Positions 24,416-33,013 are shown, counted from the first letter of the stretch. The stretch is DNA of 46,880 bases from Pseudobdellovibrionaceae bacterium (GCA_043779385.1 JAYWEU010000297.1:1-46880); one strand, 5' to 3'. Program-made: numbers and translations. Notes: generated by a model from the letters alone, not told the origin.

Positions 24416-25396
24416 TTACTTCTTAAATAAATGTGAATACTGCCCATAGCCAGCTTTTTCTAAATCCGCGGCTTTAATAAACTTCATGGATGCTGAATTC
24501 ATGCAATAACGCTCGCCGGTTGGTTCTGGCCCGTCGGGAAAAACATGCCCTAAGTGCGAATCCCCTAATTTCGAACGAACTTCAGTGCGATCTCCCAGGA
24601 AAACACGACGATCTTTTTTCAGAACAATATTTTGTTTTTCAATGGGACGACTAAAGCTGGGCCAGCCAGTGCCAGATTCATATTTATCAATCGAAGAAAA
24701 CAAGGGTTCTCCTGACACAACATCAACATAAATGCCGGCCTCATGATTGTCCCAATATTCATTTTTAAATGGTCTTTCGGTGCCTTCTTTTTGGGTCACA
24801 TCAAACTGTTCGGGCGTCAGTTTTTTCTTCAATTCCGCTTCGCTGGGTTTTACAAAAGCTTCTTTCACAGTTTCCTTCATGGTTTCCTTACCTTCAGGCT
24901 CGGCGATCAGTTTTTTGATCATGGCCTCGGTCTCGGCGTAAGCACCCTCGCCAGCATGGGTGTATCTAATTTCGCCTTTTTTATCGATCAAATAAATAAA
25001 GGGCCAATAATTTTGATGGTAGCTTTTCCAAAGTGCCGAGTCACTGTCTAGCACTACGGGATATTGAATTCCCAAGCTTTTAACGGCGGCCTGAACGTTG
25101 GCCGTTTCTTTTTCATGAGCTGTTTCCGGTGTATGAATTCCAATCACGCGAAATTGCGAGGCCGGAAATTGCTGATGCCATCCTTTAATATGTGGGATGA
25201 CATTCTTGCAGTTATAGCAGTCAAAAGTCCAAAATTCGATCAAGGTAACTTTGCCCTTGAGGTCCTTCAATTGAAGAGGCGGTGAATTAATCCAGACATT
25301 CGGACTGCTTGGAAATTCAACATTCAAAGGCTGAGCCAACAGCGTTCCAGACTGAAACAACCAAAAGCCCAAAGAAAGAATCCACAATTTACGCAT
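24416..25396 (-). CDS. msrB: periplasmic thioredoxin-like (TlpA/redoxin) domain fused to methionine-(R)-sulfoxide reductase MsrB
   Basis: 326-aa ORF with GGAGG upstream and signal peptide LFQSGTLLA|QP. The redoxin motif is WTFDCYNC. The MsrB half has [30 protein letters not shown] and RYCMNS. Confidence 0.9.
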   Translation of the reverse strand: MRKLWILSLGFWLFQSGTLLAQPLNVEFPSSPNVWINSPPLQLKDLKGKVTLIEFWTFDCYNCKNVIPHIKGWHQQFPASQFRVIGIHTPETAHEKETANVQAAVKSLGIQYPVVLDSDSALWKSYHQNYWPFIYLIDKKGEIRYTHAGEGAYAETEAMIKKLIAEPEGKETMKETVKEAFVKPSEAELKKKLTPEQFDVTQKEGTERPFKNEYWDNHEAGIYVDVVSGEPLFSSIDKYESGTGWPSFSRPIEKQNIVLKKDRRVFLGDRTEVRSKLGDSHLGHVFPDGPEPTGERYCMNSASMKFIKAADLEKAGYGQYSHLFKK

Positions 25397-25418
25397 ACAA
25401 CCTCCATTGAACCTGGTG

Positions 25419-25444
25419 TTCGTAAGTTTTGAGTATAAGGTTAC
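25419..25444 (-). promoter_or_regulatory. ECF-type promoter GTAACC-N16-CGAA driving Trx-MsrB
   Basis: Reverse strand reads GTAACC (25444..25439), 16 nt, CGAA (25422..25419). It lies 22 nt upstream of ATG 25396. The -35 box is one arm of a 9-bp inverted repeat. Confidence 0.65.
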
Positions 25445-25457
25445 AAAAAAATAAATT

Positions 25458-25482
25458 GTAACCTTTCCTAATTTTTAACGAA
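25458..25482 (+). promoter_or_regulatory. ECF-type promoter GTAACC-N15-CGAA driving msrA / ECF sigma / anti-sigma
   Basis: GTAACC (25458..25463), 15 nt, CGAA (25479..25482). It lies 21 nt upstream of ATG 25504 and is the mirror image of the reverse-strand element. Confidence 0.6.
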
Positions 25483-25503
25483 CTTAAATCATGCGAGGTG
25501 TCT

Positions 25504-26118
25504 ATGTCTCAAATTAAATCAGTCTTATTGGGATTCTTAACAGTTCTCTTAATTAATGGATCAGCGTCGGCTGAACCGGCCGGTTCGGCTTCTCAGAAAG
25601 CCGTGTTTGCGGGAGGTTGCTTTTGGTGTATGCAAGCCCCCTTCGATCAGCTGCCGGGTGTGATTTCGACGGCGGTGGGATATACGGGAGGACGCGTTGC
25701 CAATCCGACTTACGAGCAAGTCTCTCATGAAAATACAGGTCATGCGGAAGCCGTTGAAGTTCTTTTCGATCCTAAAAAAATATCCTACGAGAAAATTCTA
25801 GATGTTTACTGGCACCAAATTGATCCTACGACGGTGGACGCGCAGTTCGTTGATGTCGGGGACTCTTACCGGACCGCCATTTTTTATCAGAACGAGGATC
25901 AAAAGAAATTAGCGGAAGCTTCGAAAGCGGCTTGGGAAAAAAAAGGAACTTTTAAAAAGCCGATTGTGTCTCAGATCGTGTCGGCAGGGCCCTTCTATAA
26001 AGCCGAAGATTATCATCAGTCTTATTACAAAAAAAATCCCGTCAGATACAATTTTTATCGCTCTCGATCAGGTCGGGATCGATACTTGACTTCGATCTGG
26101 GGAAAAAGTGATCACTAA
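25504..26118 (+). CDS. msrA: periplasmic peptide-methionine (S)-S-oxide reductase MsrA
   Basis: Signal peptide LLINGSASA|EP. The catalytic motif is GGCFWCMQ, and HAEAVEV and DYHQ(S)YY motifs are present. ATG 25504 (AGG 5 nt upstream) is preferred over the track GTG 25498. Confidence 0.9.
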   Translation: MSQIKSVLLGFLTVLLINGSASAEPAGSASQKAVFAGGCFWCMQAPFDQLPGVISTAVGYTGGRVANPTYEQVSHENTGHAEAVEVLFDPKKISYEKILDVYWHQIDPTTVDAQFVDVGDSYRTAIFYQNEDQKKLAEASKAAWEKKGTFKKPIVSQIVSAGPFYKAEDYHQSYYKKNPVRYNFYRSRSGRDRYLTSIWGKSDH

Positions 26119-26158
26119 TTGATAGACTAAGAAGCGCTGTTAAAGTTATCGTTTCTTC

Positions 26159-26713
26159 ATGTCAAAGATCACGGATCCGCGTCAGCTGATGATTCAAGTC
26201 CAATCGGGCGATGAATTAGCTTACGCAAAGCTTTTAGAAATTATCTCGGTCCTAGTGCGCAGCTTCGCTCGAGGACGACTGCATCGCTGGCGTTTAAGTC
26301 AACAGATCGACGTCGAAGATATTGTCCAGGAGGTCTTAATGGCAGTGCACTTAAAAAAAGGAACTTACGATCCTTCCCAAGCTTTAGAGCCGTGGATATT
26401 TGCAATTGCCAACTATAAAATGGTCGATGCAATTCGCCGGCACCGATTTACAACGAATCTTGAAAATATTCCTGACCTTGCAGATCCATACTCGGCCGCT
26501 GACAGCAAAGAAACCAACGAAACTTTGCAGTGGGGATTTTTGCAGCTCAACGATCGTGAACGTGAGCTTCTGACTTTAGTTAAGCTGAATGAAAAATCCA
26601 TCAAGGAAGTTGCCCTAGAGATGAATTTGTCAGAGTCTGCCGTTAAAGTCGGTGTTCACCGAGCGATGAGTAAATTAAAAGAAATTTTCAAGGTGCCGTC
26701 CCATGAAGACTGA
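26159..26713 (+). CDS. ECF (sigma-70 family group 4) RNA polymerase sigma factor
   Basis: 184-aa ORF. Region 2 (DVEDIVQEVLMAVHLK, WIFAIANYKMVDAIRR) and region 4 (RERELLTLVKLNEKSIKEVALEMNLSESAVKVGVHRA) are recognisable. Confidence 0.85.
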   Translation: MSKITDPRQLMIQVQSGDELAYAKLLEIISVLVRSFARGRLHRWRLSQQIDVEDIVQEVLMAVHLKKGTYDPSQALEPWIFAIANYKMVDAIRRHRFTTNLENIPDLADPYSAADSKETNETLQWGFLQLNDRERELLTLVKLNEKSIKEVALEMNLSESAVKVGVHRAMSKLKEIFKVPSHED

Positions 26714-27338
26714 ACAACTGATTTTACAACTCAGTAAAGAGGCTAAGCCCACGGTGGCTTTTGTGCCTGTCAAAAGCTGGCTGTTGTGGTGCTTGGCACC
26801 GATGACCGTGATGATTTTGAGATTTTTTTTATGGCAAACGCAGTCGCCGAATTTGACGAAAAATTTTGATCTGGCTTTTTTACAGGAAACAATTTTGTTA
26901 GGATTATTATTTGGTTTAGTGCCTTATTTGACTTTCAAACAATCAGTGCCGGGATTTAAAAATTCTAAATTAATGTTTTTGACGGGGTTTCTCTTTAGCG
27001 GCTGGATTATTTTATTAATCTTACGAGCGACCCGTGCGGACATGGCTGATACGCAATCAGCTCATTTTTCCGAAGGACTGGCTTGCAGTTACGAGATCCT
27101 TCAAATGGCCCTTGTTCCTTTGGCTGTTTTATTCTTTATTTTAAGACGGGGAGCCTCGGTGCATCCCTTGCGAAGTGGAATCATGGCAGCCACCAGTGCA
27201 ACGATGATGGGAACTCTGGTTTTACAGGTGATCTGTCAATCCCCAAGCCCGGTTCATATTTTAGCGTATCACGTGGGCGCAGTTCTGGCGATAAGTCTGT
27301 TAGGAGCCGTTCTAGGACTCCGAATCTTGCGCTGGTAA
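26703..27338 (+). CDS. nrsF: DUF1109 / NrsF-type six-TM anti-sigma factor
   Basis: 211-aa ORF overlapping the sigma gene by 11 nt. The N-terminus MKTEQLILQLSKEAKP matches my memory of the DUF1109 signature (MxTxxLIxxL). About six TM segments. Confidence 0.65.
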   Translation: MKTEQLILQLSKEAKPTVAFVPVKSWLLWCLAPMTVMILRFFLWQTQSPNLTKNFDLAFLQETILLGLLFGLVPYLTFKQSVPGFKNSKLMFLTGFLFSGWIILLILRATRADMADTQSAHFSEGLACSYEILQMALVPLAVLFFILRRGASVHPLRSGIMAATSATMMGTLVLQVICQSPSPVHILAYHVGAVLAISLLGAVLGLRILRW

Positions 27339-27407
27339 ATAGTCTTGCTTGCACCGCAGGATTGGCAAACCCTAAATTCTAAGATGAACTAAGGATCGGG
27401 GGTTCCA

Positions 27408-28364
27408 GTGCATTTATTGACATTGTCGCTAGCGTTCTTTTTATTCCTTTTTCAAACCTCATTTGTTCAGGCGCAAAATATATCAAGTCAGATCAGTGAT
27501 CGATTGGTTCAAGATCTTGATTGCAAAAATATTTCGGTCGCAGGCATTTATTCTAAAATTCGCGAGGACGCCTATTCGATTCAAGCTCAGATTCCTGATG
27601 CCAACTGGGCGACGGGATATCTTGCGAATTGCTGGAGCCTGGCCCATTCGCAAAGATTAGTATTTATGCTTTCGCGGCTAGATCCTGCTGCAGACATGAG
27701 CGAAGCTAAGCTGCGCGGGGTTTTGGATATGTTCCGCGGTTCAAGCCCAGAAGAAGCAGCCCGATTTCCAAACCCTATTTTACAAGAAAGACCACTTCGT
27801 CAATACACTGTTTTTTCAACGGATCGAAATTTTTCAGAAGGCTCAAGCTTATATTCGTCTTTGCAAAAGGGATTTTCTGAGTCCGGAATCCTGGGGATCC
27901 CAAGAAATTTTAGAAACGAGATCGAAATTTTTCAGATTTACCACTTTCACCGCACAAAAAATCTGCCAATGTTTTTAGGAAATTGGGAAAGATCGACAAC
28001 TGAAAACCAGCAAAGTTTCGAACAGATCATTAAAGCGATCGATCAGCACCGTCTGAATCTTTTGGTTTTGCGGGCGGATCGTACGGTTCAACATGTGGTG
28101 ATTCCTAAGCGGTATGAAATCGCTAGTGACGGAAAATATATTTTTCATGTTTTTGATGCGAATTTTCCAGACCGCGAAAATGCTTTTGCGTATGATCCTC
28201 AAATTCAACAATTCGAAGGCGGCAGTGTGATGGGTGCTTTCTATCACACACCTTATTTAACAAAAGCCGTCGGAGTCTTTATCGTCGATGAGGGTGAAAA
28301 TAAAAGAATCGACGAAGCCTTGGTTCGTTACTACCAAAAGGCTTGTCGAAATTTAGTTAATTAA
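27408..28364 (+). CDS. secreted protein, possible papain-fold Cys-His-Asp hydrolase
   Basis: 318-aa ORF starting at GTG with signal peptide FLFQTSFVQA|QN. Candidate nucleophile is in GYLANCWSLAHS. A later QHVVIP...YIFHVFDANFP resembles the His-strand / Asp arrangement of C39-like peptidases. This is weak, by-eye evidence. Confidence 0.35.
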   Translation: MHLLTLSLAFFLFLFQTSFVQAQNISSQISDRLVQDLDCKNISVAGIYSKIREDAYSIQAQIPDANWATGYLANCWSLAHSQRLVFMLSRLDPAADMSEAKLRGVLDMFRGSSPEEAARFPNPILQERPLRQYTVFSTDRNFSEGSSLYSSLQKGFSESGILGIPRNFRNEIEIFQIYHFHRTKNLPMFLGNWERSTTENQQSFEQIIKAIDQHRLNLLVLRADRTVQHVVIPKRYEIASDGKYIFHVFDANFPDRENAFAYDPQIQQFEGGSVMGAFYHTPYLTKAVGVFIVDEGENKRIDEALVRYYQKACRNLVN

Positions 28365-28377
28365 ATTATTAAAAAAA

Positions 28378-30195
28378 CTATTCAGTGGCGCGGTTCGGAG
28401 TGCGATCACGGAACGTGCTGCGCGCGTGCGGGTTCGTGCTATTTTCAGTAAACCGCTTCGGCATACGACCAAAAGTCACACCCCGAGGAGGACGTTGTCC
28501 ACCCTCTGCCGGTGCGCGCTCTGATCCAACACTCACAGATCGCTCGGTGCGGGCACGAAAAGGCCGCTCTGATCTTTCAGCACTTGGCGCGCGAGAAGGT
28601 CTTGTTGATTCTTCACTAGAAGCCCTGCGTGCGGGACGAGTATCGCCCTCTGAAGAAGGTCTTCGTGTTGGACGGCTGCTTTCAGCTCCATCAACCGGAG
28701 AGGGTCTTCGTGTCGGGCGCGAGTCACTGTCACCCGAAGCTCTGCGTGTTGGACGAGAAGAACTTCGCTCATCGCTTCCACGACGGTTCGAAGGTCCACT
28801 ACTGCGACGGTCACTGCCACCACGGTCGTATCGACGAGGTCCTGATTCACGATCACCATCAGCACTCATACGAGGACCTGGCATATCAAAACGCTCAGCT
28901 TCAGAAAAAATATCAGGATTCATCATGGCTAAAAATCGACCCGCGACTTCTTCGCCTGTCATTTGGCCCAAAGCCTCTTTCCAAGAAGTGTCCATGACTT
29001 CGACGGCGCGAACTCCCGATTTTTCGCCAACGAATTTAGCCAGCATTGAAGAGATTTTTTTAGTTCCAATATCACGACGACTTGGAATCACGCCCTCGCG
29101 CATACGGGTTTTTGTCATTGTTTCAATTCGGCGTAAAATACCCATATGACTTGGCGTCACTAAGCTCATGGCAATTCCCGTTTTTCCACTTCGAGCTGTT
29201 CGACCAATCCGGTGAACGTAGCTGTCGAGTTCACGGGGTAGCGAATAGTTGATCACATGAGTGATATCTTTCACATCAAGACCGCGTGAAGCCACGTCTG
29301 TACAAATAAGGACTGTGACTTTGCGATCGCGGAAAGACTGCATGGTCTTTTCACGGGAACGCTGATCTTTATCGCCATGTAAACAGTCCACCTTGTAACC
29401 GCGATCAATCAAGTACTGACTTAAATCAGCGACCAAAGATTTAGTCTGACAAAAAATAACTCCGTAAAAATCTTCTGCCGCTTCGATCAATTTACAAAGA
29501 ATTTCAGGCTTATTGGATTCACGAGTGACATAATAAAGTTGATCAACCGTCGCTGATAACATTTCTTTTTTGTTCGATTGAACTTGCTGCGGATTGGTCA
29601 AATATTTATCAGCCACGCGGCGAACATCAGAGCTCATGGTTGCAGAAAATAACCAGATACGAGCTTGTTCACGATCAACAGAACTTAAAATTTTATCAAG
29701 TTCGTCTTTAAAGCCCATTGAAATCATCTCATCGGCTTCATCTAATATCAGTTGTTTCAGATTTCCTAATTTAAGAGTGCCGCGTTCAATATGATCAACA
29801 ACGCGACCCGGAGTTCCAACAACAACTTGCATGCCAGACTTCATACCTTGCAATTGTTCGCTGTAGCTAGCGCCACCATAAACCGGCAAAGCCCGAATGC
29901 CTTTGTGTTTACCCAGCATATTAATTTGACCGGCCACTTGCAATGCAAGCTCGCGAGTGGGGCAAAGAATTAATGTTTGCACGGCCTTGATCGAAGCATC
30001 AATTTGCTCGAGCATGGGAATTGAAAAGGCGGCTGTTTTACCAGTGCCCGTAGCTGCCAAACCAATGAAATCCGTGGGAGCTCCGAGAAGAATCGGTAAT
30101 GCTTGAGCTTGAATCGGACTTGGTGTGGTGTATCCCATTTCTGTAATTGCCTTAGCAACAGCGGGACTTAACGATAGTTCATCAAAAGTTTTCAC
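28378..30195 (-). CDS. DEAD-box ATP-dependent RNA helicase (DeaD/CsdA-like) with a long Arg/Ser/Pro-rich tail
   Basis: 605-aa ORF starting at GTG. It has the Q motif, AATGTGKT, DEAD (LILDEADEM), SAT, and HRIGRTARSG. The C-terminal ~160 aa are low-complexity. Confidence 0.9.
   Translation of the reverse strand: MKTFDELSLSPAVAKAITEMGYTTPSPIQAQALPILLGAPTDFIGLAATGTGKTAAFSIPMLEQIDASIKAVQTLILCPTRELALQVAGQINMLGKHKGIRALPVYGGASYSEQLQGMKSGMQVVVGTPGRVVDHIERGTLKLGNLKQLILDEADEMISMGFKDELDKILSSVDREQARIWLFSATMSSDVRRVADKYLTNPQQVQSNKKEMLSATVDQLYYVTRESNKPEILCKLIEAAEDFYGVIFCQTKSLVADLSQYLIDRGYKVDCLHGDKDQRSREKTMQSFRDRKVTVLICTDVASRGLDVKDITHVINYSLPRELDSYVHRIGRTARSGKTGIAMSLVTPSHMGILRRIETMTKTRMREGVIPSRRDIGTKKISSMLAKFVGEKSGVRAVEVMDTSWKEALGQMTGEEVAGRFLAMMNPDIFSEAERFDMPGPRMSADGDRESGPRRYDRGGSDRRSSGPSNRRGSDERSSSRPTRRASGDSDSRPTRRPSPVDGAESSRPTRRPSSEGDTRPARRASSEESTRPSRAPSAERSERPFRARTERSVSVGSERAPAEGGQRPPRGVTFGRMPKRFTENSTNPHARSTFRDRTPNRATE
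28595..28760 (-). repeat. imperfect tandem coding repeat (4-5 units of about 37-45 nt) encoding [ST]RP[TA]RR[AP]S
   Basis: The + strand shows recurring cttcgtgttggacg / ctgcgtgcgggacg / cttcgtgtcgggcg / ctgcgtgttggacg units. The peptide is SRPTRRASGDSDSRPTRRPSPVDGAESSRPTRRPSSEGDTRPARRASSEESTRPSRAPS. Locally GC-rich. Confidence 0.7.
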
Positions 30196-30440
30196 GGAGA
30201 TCTCATTTCTTAGGTTGCCGAAGAAAATAGCACATCTTTGAAAAAAGTGGCGAAATCATCAAATTTGACCCGCAGATTTGTAAAATTTCATAAGATGGGT
30301 TGGCCCGAGGGGGCCATTTGTGAGGCTTTCTTGCTTCATAACAGGGTCCTTAAGGGTCTCAACATCACTAAAATGCCCGGGCTTGCCATTTGCAGCCTAA
30401 AAATTTTACTAAAACCTTAATGGCAAAGTCGGGAGAAATG

Positions 30441-30668
30441 ATGGGACAACAAGACAATAAACCTAATAATGAAACGACAGTGGACGGAAAGCCGCTGGTG
30501 CATCAACCACAATCAGGGGTCATATCAGCCACTGAAGAGTATATTAATGAATACACTCGAGATGACGACCCCTTGCTATCCCCCTCAGAAAGAGGGAATA
30601 CGCGGGCCGATCTTTTACATGAAACGGCGGAAGAAATTCCGAAGGGCATCAGCCATCCGATTCAGTAA
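30441..30668 (+). CDS. small hydrophilic hypothetical protein (doubtful)
   Basis: In-frame ATG 30441 has GGGAG 5 nt upstream. The 75-aa polar product has no recognised family. It could be non-coding DNA upstream of the helicase gene. Confidence 0.3.
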   Translation: MGQQDNKPNNETTVDGKPLVHQPQSGVISATEEYINEYTRDDDPLLSPSERGNTRADLLHETAEEIPKGISHPIQ

Positions 30669-30691
30669 AAATGTCCTTCAAAGCTTGGAAT

Positions 30692-31855
30692 TTAATAAAG
30701 TTGGCCCAAGAAGTTTTTCCATTGGGTCTTTTGATTAAACTCTAAATTTTCATAGCGTTCGGAATAGCGTTCGTATTCGGACAGGCTGCTGGGCAGCCAA
30801 ATCGAAAGACCATGGGTCATATTGTCTTGGTTTTGATCATTAGCAATCACCAATTTATTGTGGGCTGCTCTTAGATCTTCGCCGGATTTTTTGATCAATG
30901 ACGAAGCCATTAACTTATTTGTAAAGTCCATCATGTCCCGGTAGTCAGTCATCGCAAAATACTTAGATTCTTGAAGAGCTTTGACGACCGCTGTTTTTTT
31001 AGCTGACGACATTTGCACCATTTCAGTGGTGAAATTTTTGATGGCTTGATGGTAATCATCCATGAAGTTTAAATCAAAAACTGACATCGTTGCGGCATCG
31101 TGACCGTACAGGCCGCCTGTATAAGCTGTCTTGTATTCAATGGAAAGAATTTTAGAAATCTCGAGCGGCGTTGCACTTGGCTGAGATTGCCATTTTTGCA
31201 AAAAAGTATTGTAGGGCCAACCGGCACCGGGTTCTAGGTCTTGGGACCCGATGAAATAATTAACCGAAGCTTTCATTTGATCTGCGACCTCGACCATACC
31301 CATCAAGCAAGCGTCAGAAGCATAGATATCGACTTTGTGACCAAGCTGGCTTGCAATCTCTTGCATTGCTTGTCCAAGTTCTTCAGTTTTAATGGAGTTT
31401 CCAGTGCGATCATCAAATGAAATATCTTTGATCACAAAGTTGGGGCGGTGCCAGCCATTGCCGTGATTCCAAACGACGATAAAGGTATGTTTGGCAGGAT
31501 ATTGATTTTGGGCCCAAGTTGCAAAGTCCACCAATTGATGCCAATCGCCCATATCCACGGCGCCCATTTCTTGCACAACCGGAGACGTGACCTCTGAAGA
31601 ATCATGATCTTTTTTGATCAACAGGCGCTGAACACCGGGGCGGGCTAGCGAGCCCCATTGGACGATAATATTCATTTTGTCGTTAGAGCCAATTTGTTCC
31701 ATTTGATTAATATTAAGCTGGCCATAGGAATCAAGACTGTTGATGCCATTGAGAAAAACTAAAAAGTTCCAATCTTTGATGTCGTTGGCAAGGGCGCGAA
31801 ACGAGAAAAATAAAATTGCAGCAAGGACGAATAAATTTTTTAAGGGGTTCTTCAA
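30692..31855 (-). CDS. secreted clostripain-family (C11) cysteine peptidase
   Basis: 387-aa ORF starting at TTG with AGGAG 6 nt upstream. It has a signal peptide (LFFSFRALA|ND), a His context VVWNHGNGW and a Cys context IYASDACLMG. Confidence 0.7.
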   Translation of the reverse strand: MKNPLKNLFVLAAILFFSFRALANDIKDWNFLVFLNGINSLDSYGQLNINQMEQIGSNDKMNIIVQWGSLARPGVQRLLIKKDHDSSEVTSPVVQEMGAVDMGDWHQLVDFATWAQNQYPAKHTFIVVWNHGNGWHRPNFVIKDISFDDRTGNSIKTEELGQAMQEIASQLGHKVDIYASDACLMGMVEVADQMKASVNYFIGSQDLEPGAGWPYNTFLQKWQSQPSATPLEISKILSIEYKTAYTGGLYGHDAATMSVFDLNFMDDYHQAIKNFTTEMVQMSSAKKTAVVKALQESKYFAMTDYRDMMDFTNKLMASSLIKKSGEDLRAAHNKLVIANDQNQDNMTHGLSIWLPSSLSEYERYSERYENLEFNQKTQWKNFLGQLY

Positions 31856-31975
31856 ATCAATCTCCTGAATTGGGGTGGTGTCCCCTAAGGATATGATTTT
31901 TTCGTGCTGGACCTCGTCGAGAAAAGCCTAAAACCCTACTGAAAGCCGGTCTAGATTTACGTCAAAAAAAAGGAC

Positions 31976-32896
31976 TTGGCTTTAATCGACCTCACGGGCA
32001 AATTTATTCGCATGCTGATCTTTAATTATGTTAAGGGAGTCCTTTCACTTTTTATTTTTGGTTTGAATACATTGATTTGTACGATGCTTCTTTATCCTTT
32101 TTTGTTTTTGAAAACCATTTCGCCAGCTGGTTTATTAAAGAAGTTTTTCAATCGTTGCATGGTGGGAATTGGCGAGACTTGGATTTCAGTCAATAATATC
32201 AATTTGGATGTGACTCAAAATATTCAATGGGACATTCAAGGGCTGGATGGCCTGTCGATAGATCGCTCTTATTTAATTTTGGTGAATCATCAATCCTGGA
32301 TGGATATCGTGATTCTTCAATATTTTTTAAATCACAGAATTCCTTTTATCCGATTTTTTTTAAAAAAAGAATTGATCTATGTGCCCTTGTTGGGCGGCGC
32401 TTGGTGGGCTTTGGATTTTCCATTTATGAAAAGATACAGCCTGAAAGAACTTCGAAAGAACCCCGAAAAACGCCGCGAAGATTTTGAAACGGCAAAGCAA
32501 ACAGGTTTAAAATTTCGACAGTCTTCTGTTTCCATCCTCAGTTTTTTGGAAGGAACTCGGTTTACGAAAGCAAAGCACGAGGCTCAGAAATCACCCTATG
32601 AAAATTTATTAGTGCCAAAAGTCGGTGGGCTTTCTGCAGTCATGCAAGGCATGGGTGAAAATTTCTACCGAGTTTTAGATATTACAATTATTTATCCAGA
32701 GGGCGTTGTCAGCTTGCTTCAGGCATTTATGGGACGATTACGACGTGTCCAAGTTCGGGTTCGTCAATTGCCTGTGCCGGTGCACTTATTAAGTGGAGAT
32801 TACTTAAATGACCCCAGCTATCGTCAAAACGTACAAACATGGGTCAGGGATGTCTGGGTTAAAAAAGACCAGATCATTTCGGGAATGAAAAATTAA
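31976..32896 (+). CDS. lysophospholipid/glycerolipid acyltransferase (YihG-like, HX4D motif)
   Basis: 306-aa ORF with an N-terminal TM segment, NHQSWMD (HX4D) and an FLEGTRF block. The start is uncertain (TTG 31976 or ATG 32012). Confidence 0.7.
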   Translation: MALIDLTGKFIRMLIFNYVKGVLSLFIFGLNTLICTMLLYPFLFLKTISPAGLLKKFFNRCMVGIGETWISVNNINLDVTQNIQWDIQGLDGLSIDRSYLILVNHQSWMDIVILQYFLNHRIPFIRFFLKKELIYVPLLGGAWWALDFPFMKRYSLKELRKNPEKRREDFETAKQTGLKFRQSSVSILSFLEGTRFTKAKHEAQKSPYENLLVPKVGGLSAVMQGMGENFYRVLDITIIYPEGVVSLLQAFMGRLRRVQVRVRQLPVPVHLLSGDYLNDPSYRQNVQTWVRDVWVKKDQIISGMKN

Positions 32897-32918
32897 TCTG
32901 ATGGTGTTTGTTGTCTGT

Positions 32919-32947
32919 GGCAGAACGACTCTTTGAGGATTTCTGCC
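32919..32947. promoter_or_regulatory. inverted repeat GGCAGAA-N15-TTCTGCC, candidate enhancer (UAS) for the downstream sigma-54 promoter
   Basis: Read directly. Its centre is about 82 nt upstream of the -24 GG at 33015, a typical enhancer-binding-protein distance. Confidence 0.3.
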
Positions 32948-33013
32948 TCGGACAAATAAAATTCAAAAATAATGACAAGCTAGCCAAGCTGCTCGGGACC
33001 GGTAAAAACTGAT

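Noticed and set aside
28385-29149. 254-aa forward ORF, plus the 110-aa (28533-28865, -) and 122-aa (28629-28997, +) ORFs overlapping the helicase 3' region
   Set aside because: All lie in the GC-rich, repeat-encoding tail of the DEAD-box helicase gene, where stop codons are rare in every frame. Their translations are Arg/Ser/Gly/Pro low-complexity mirror images of the helicase tail. They have no RBS and no domain signal.
30238-30420. 60-aa forward ORF upstream of the helicase gene
   Set aside because: It lies in the probable 5' leader/promoter region of the reverse-strand helicase. It has no RBS and a composition atypical of the neighbouring genes.
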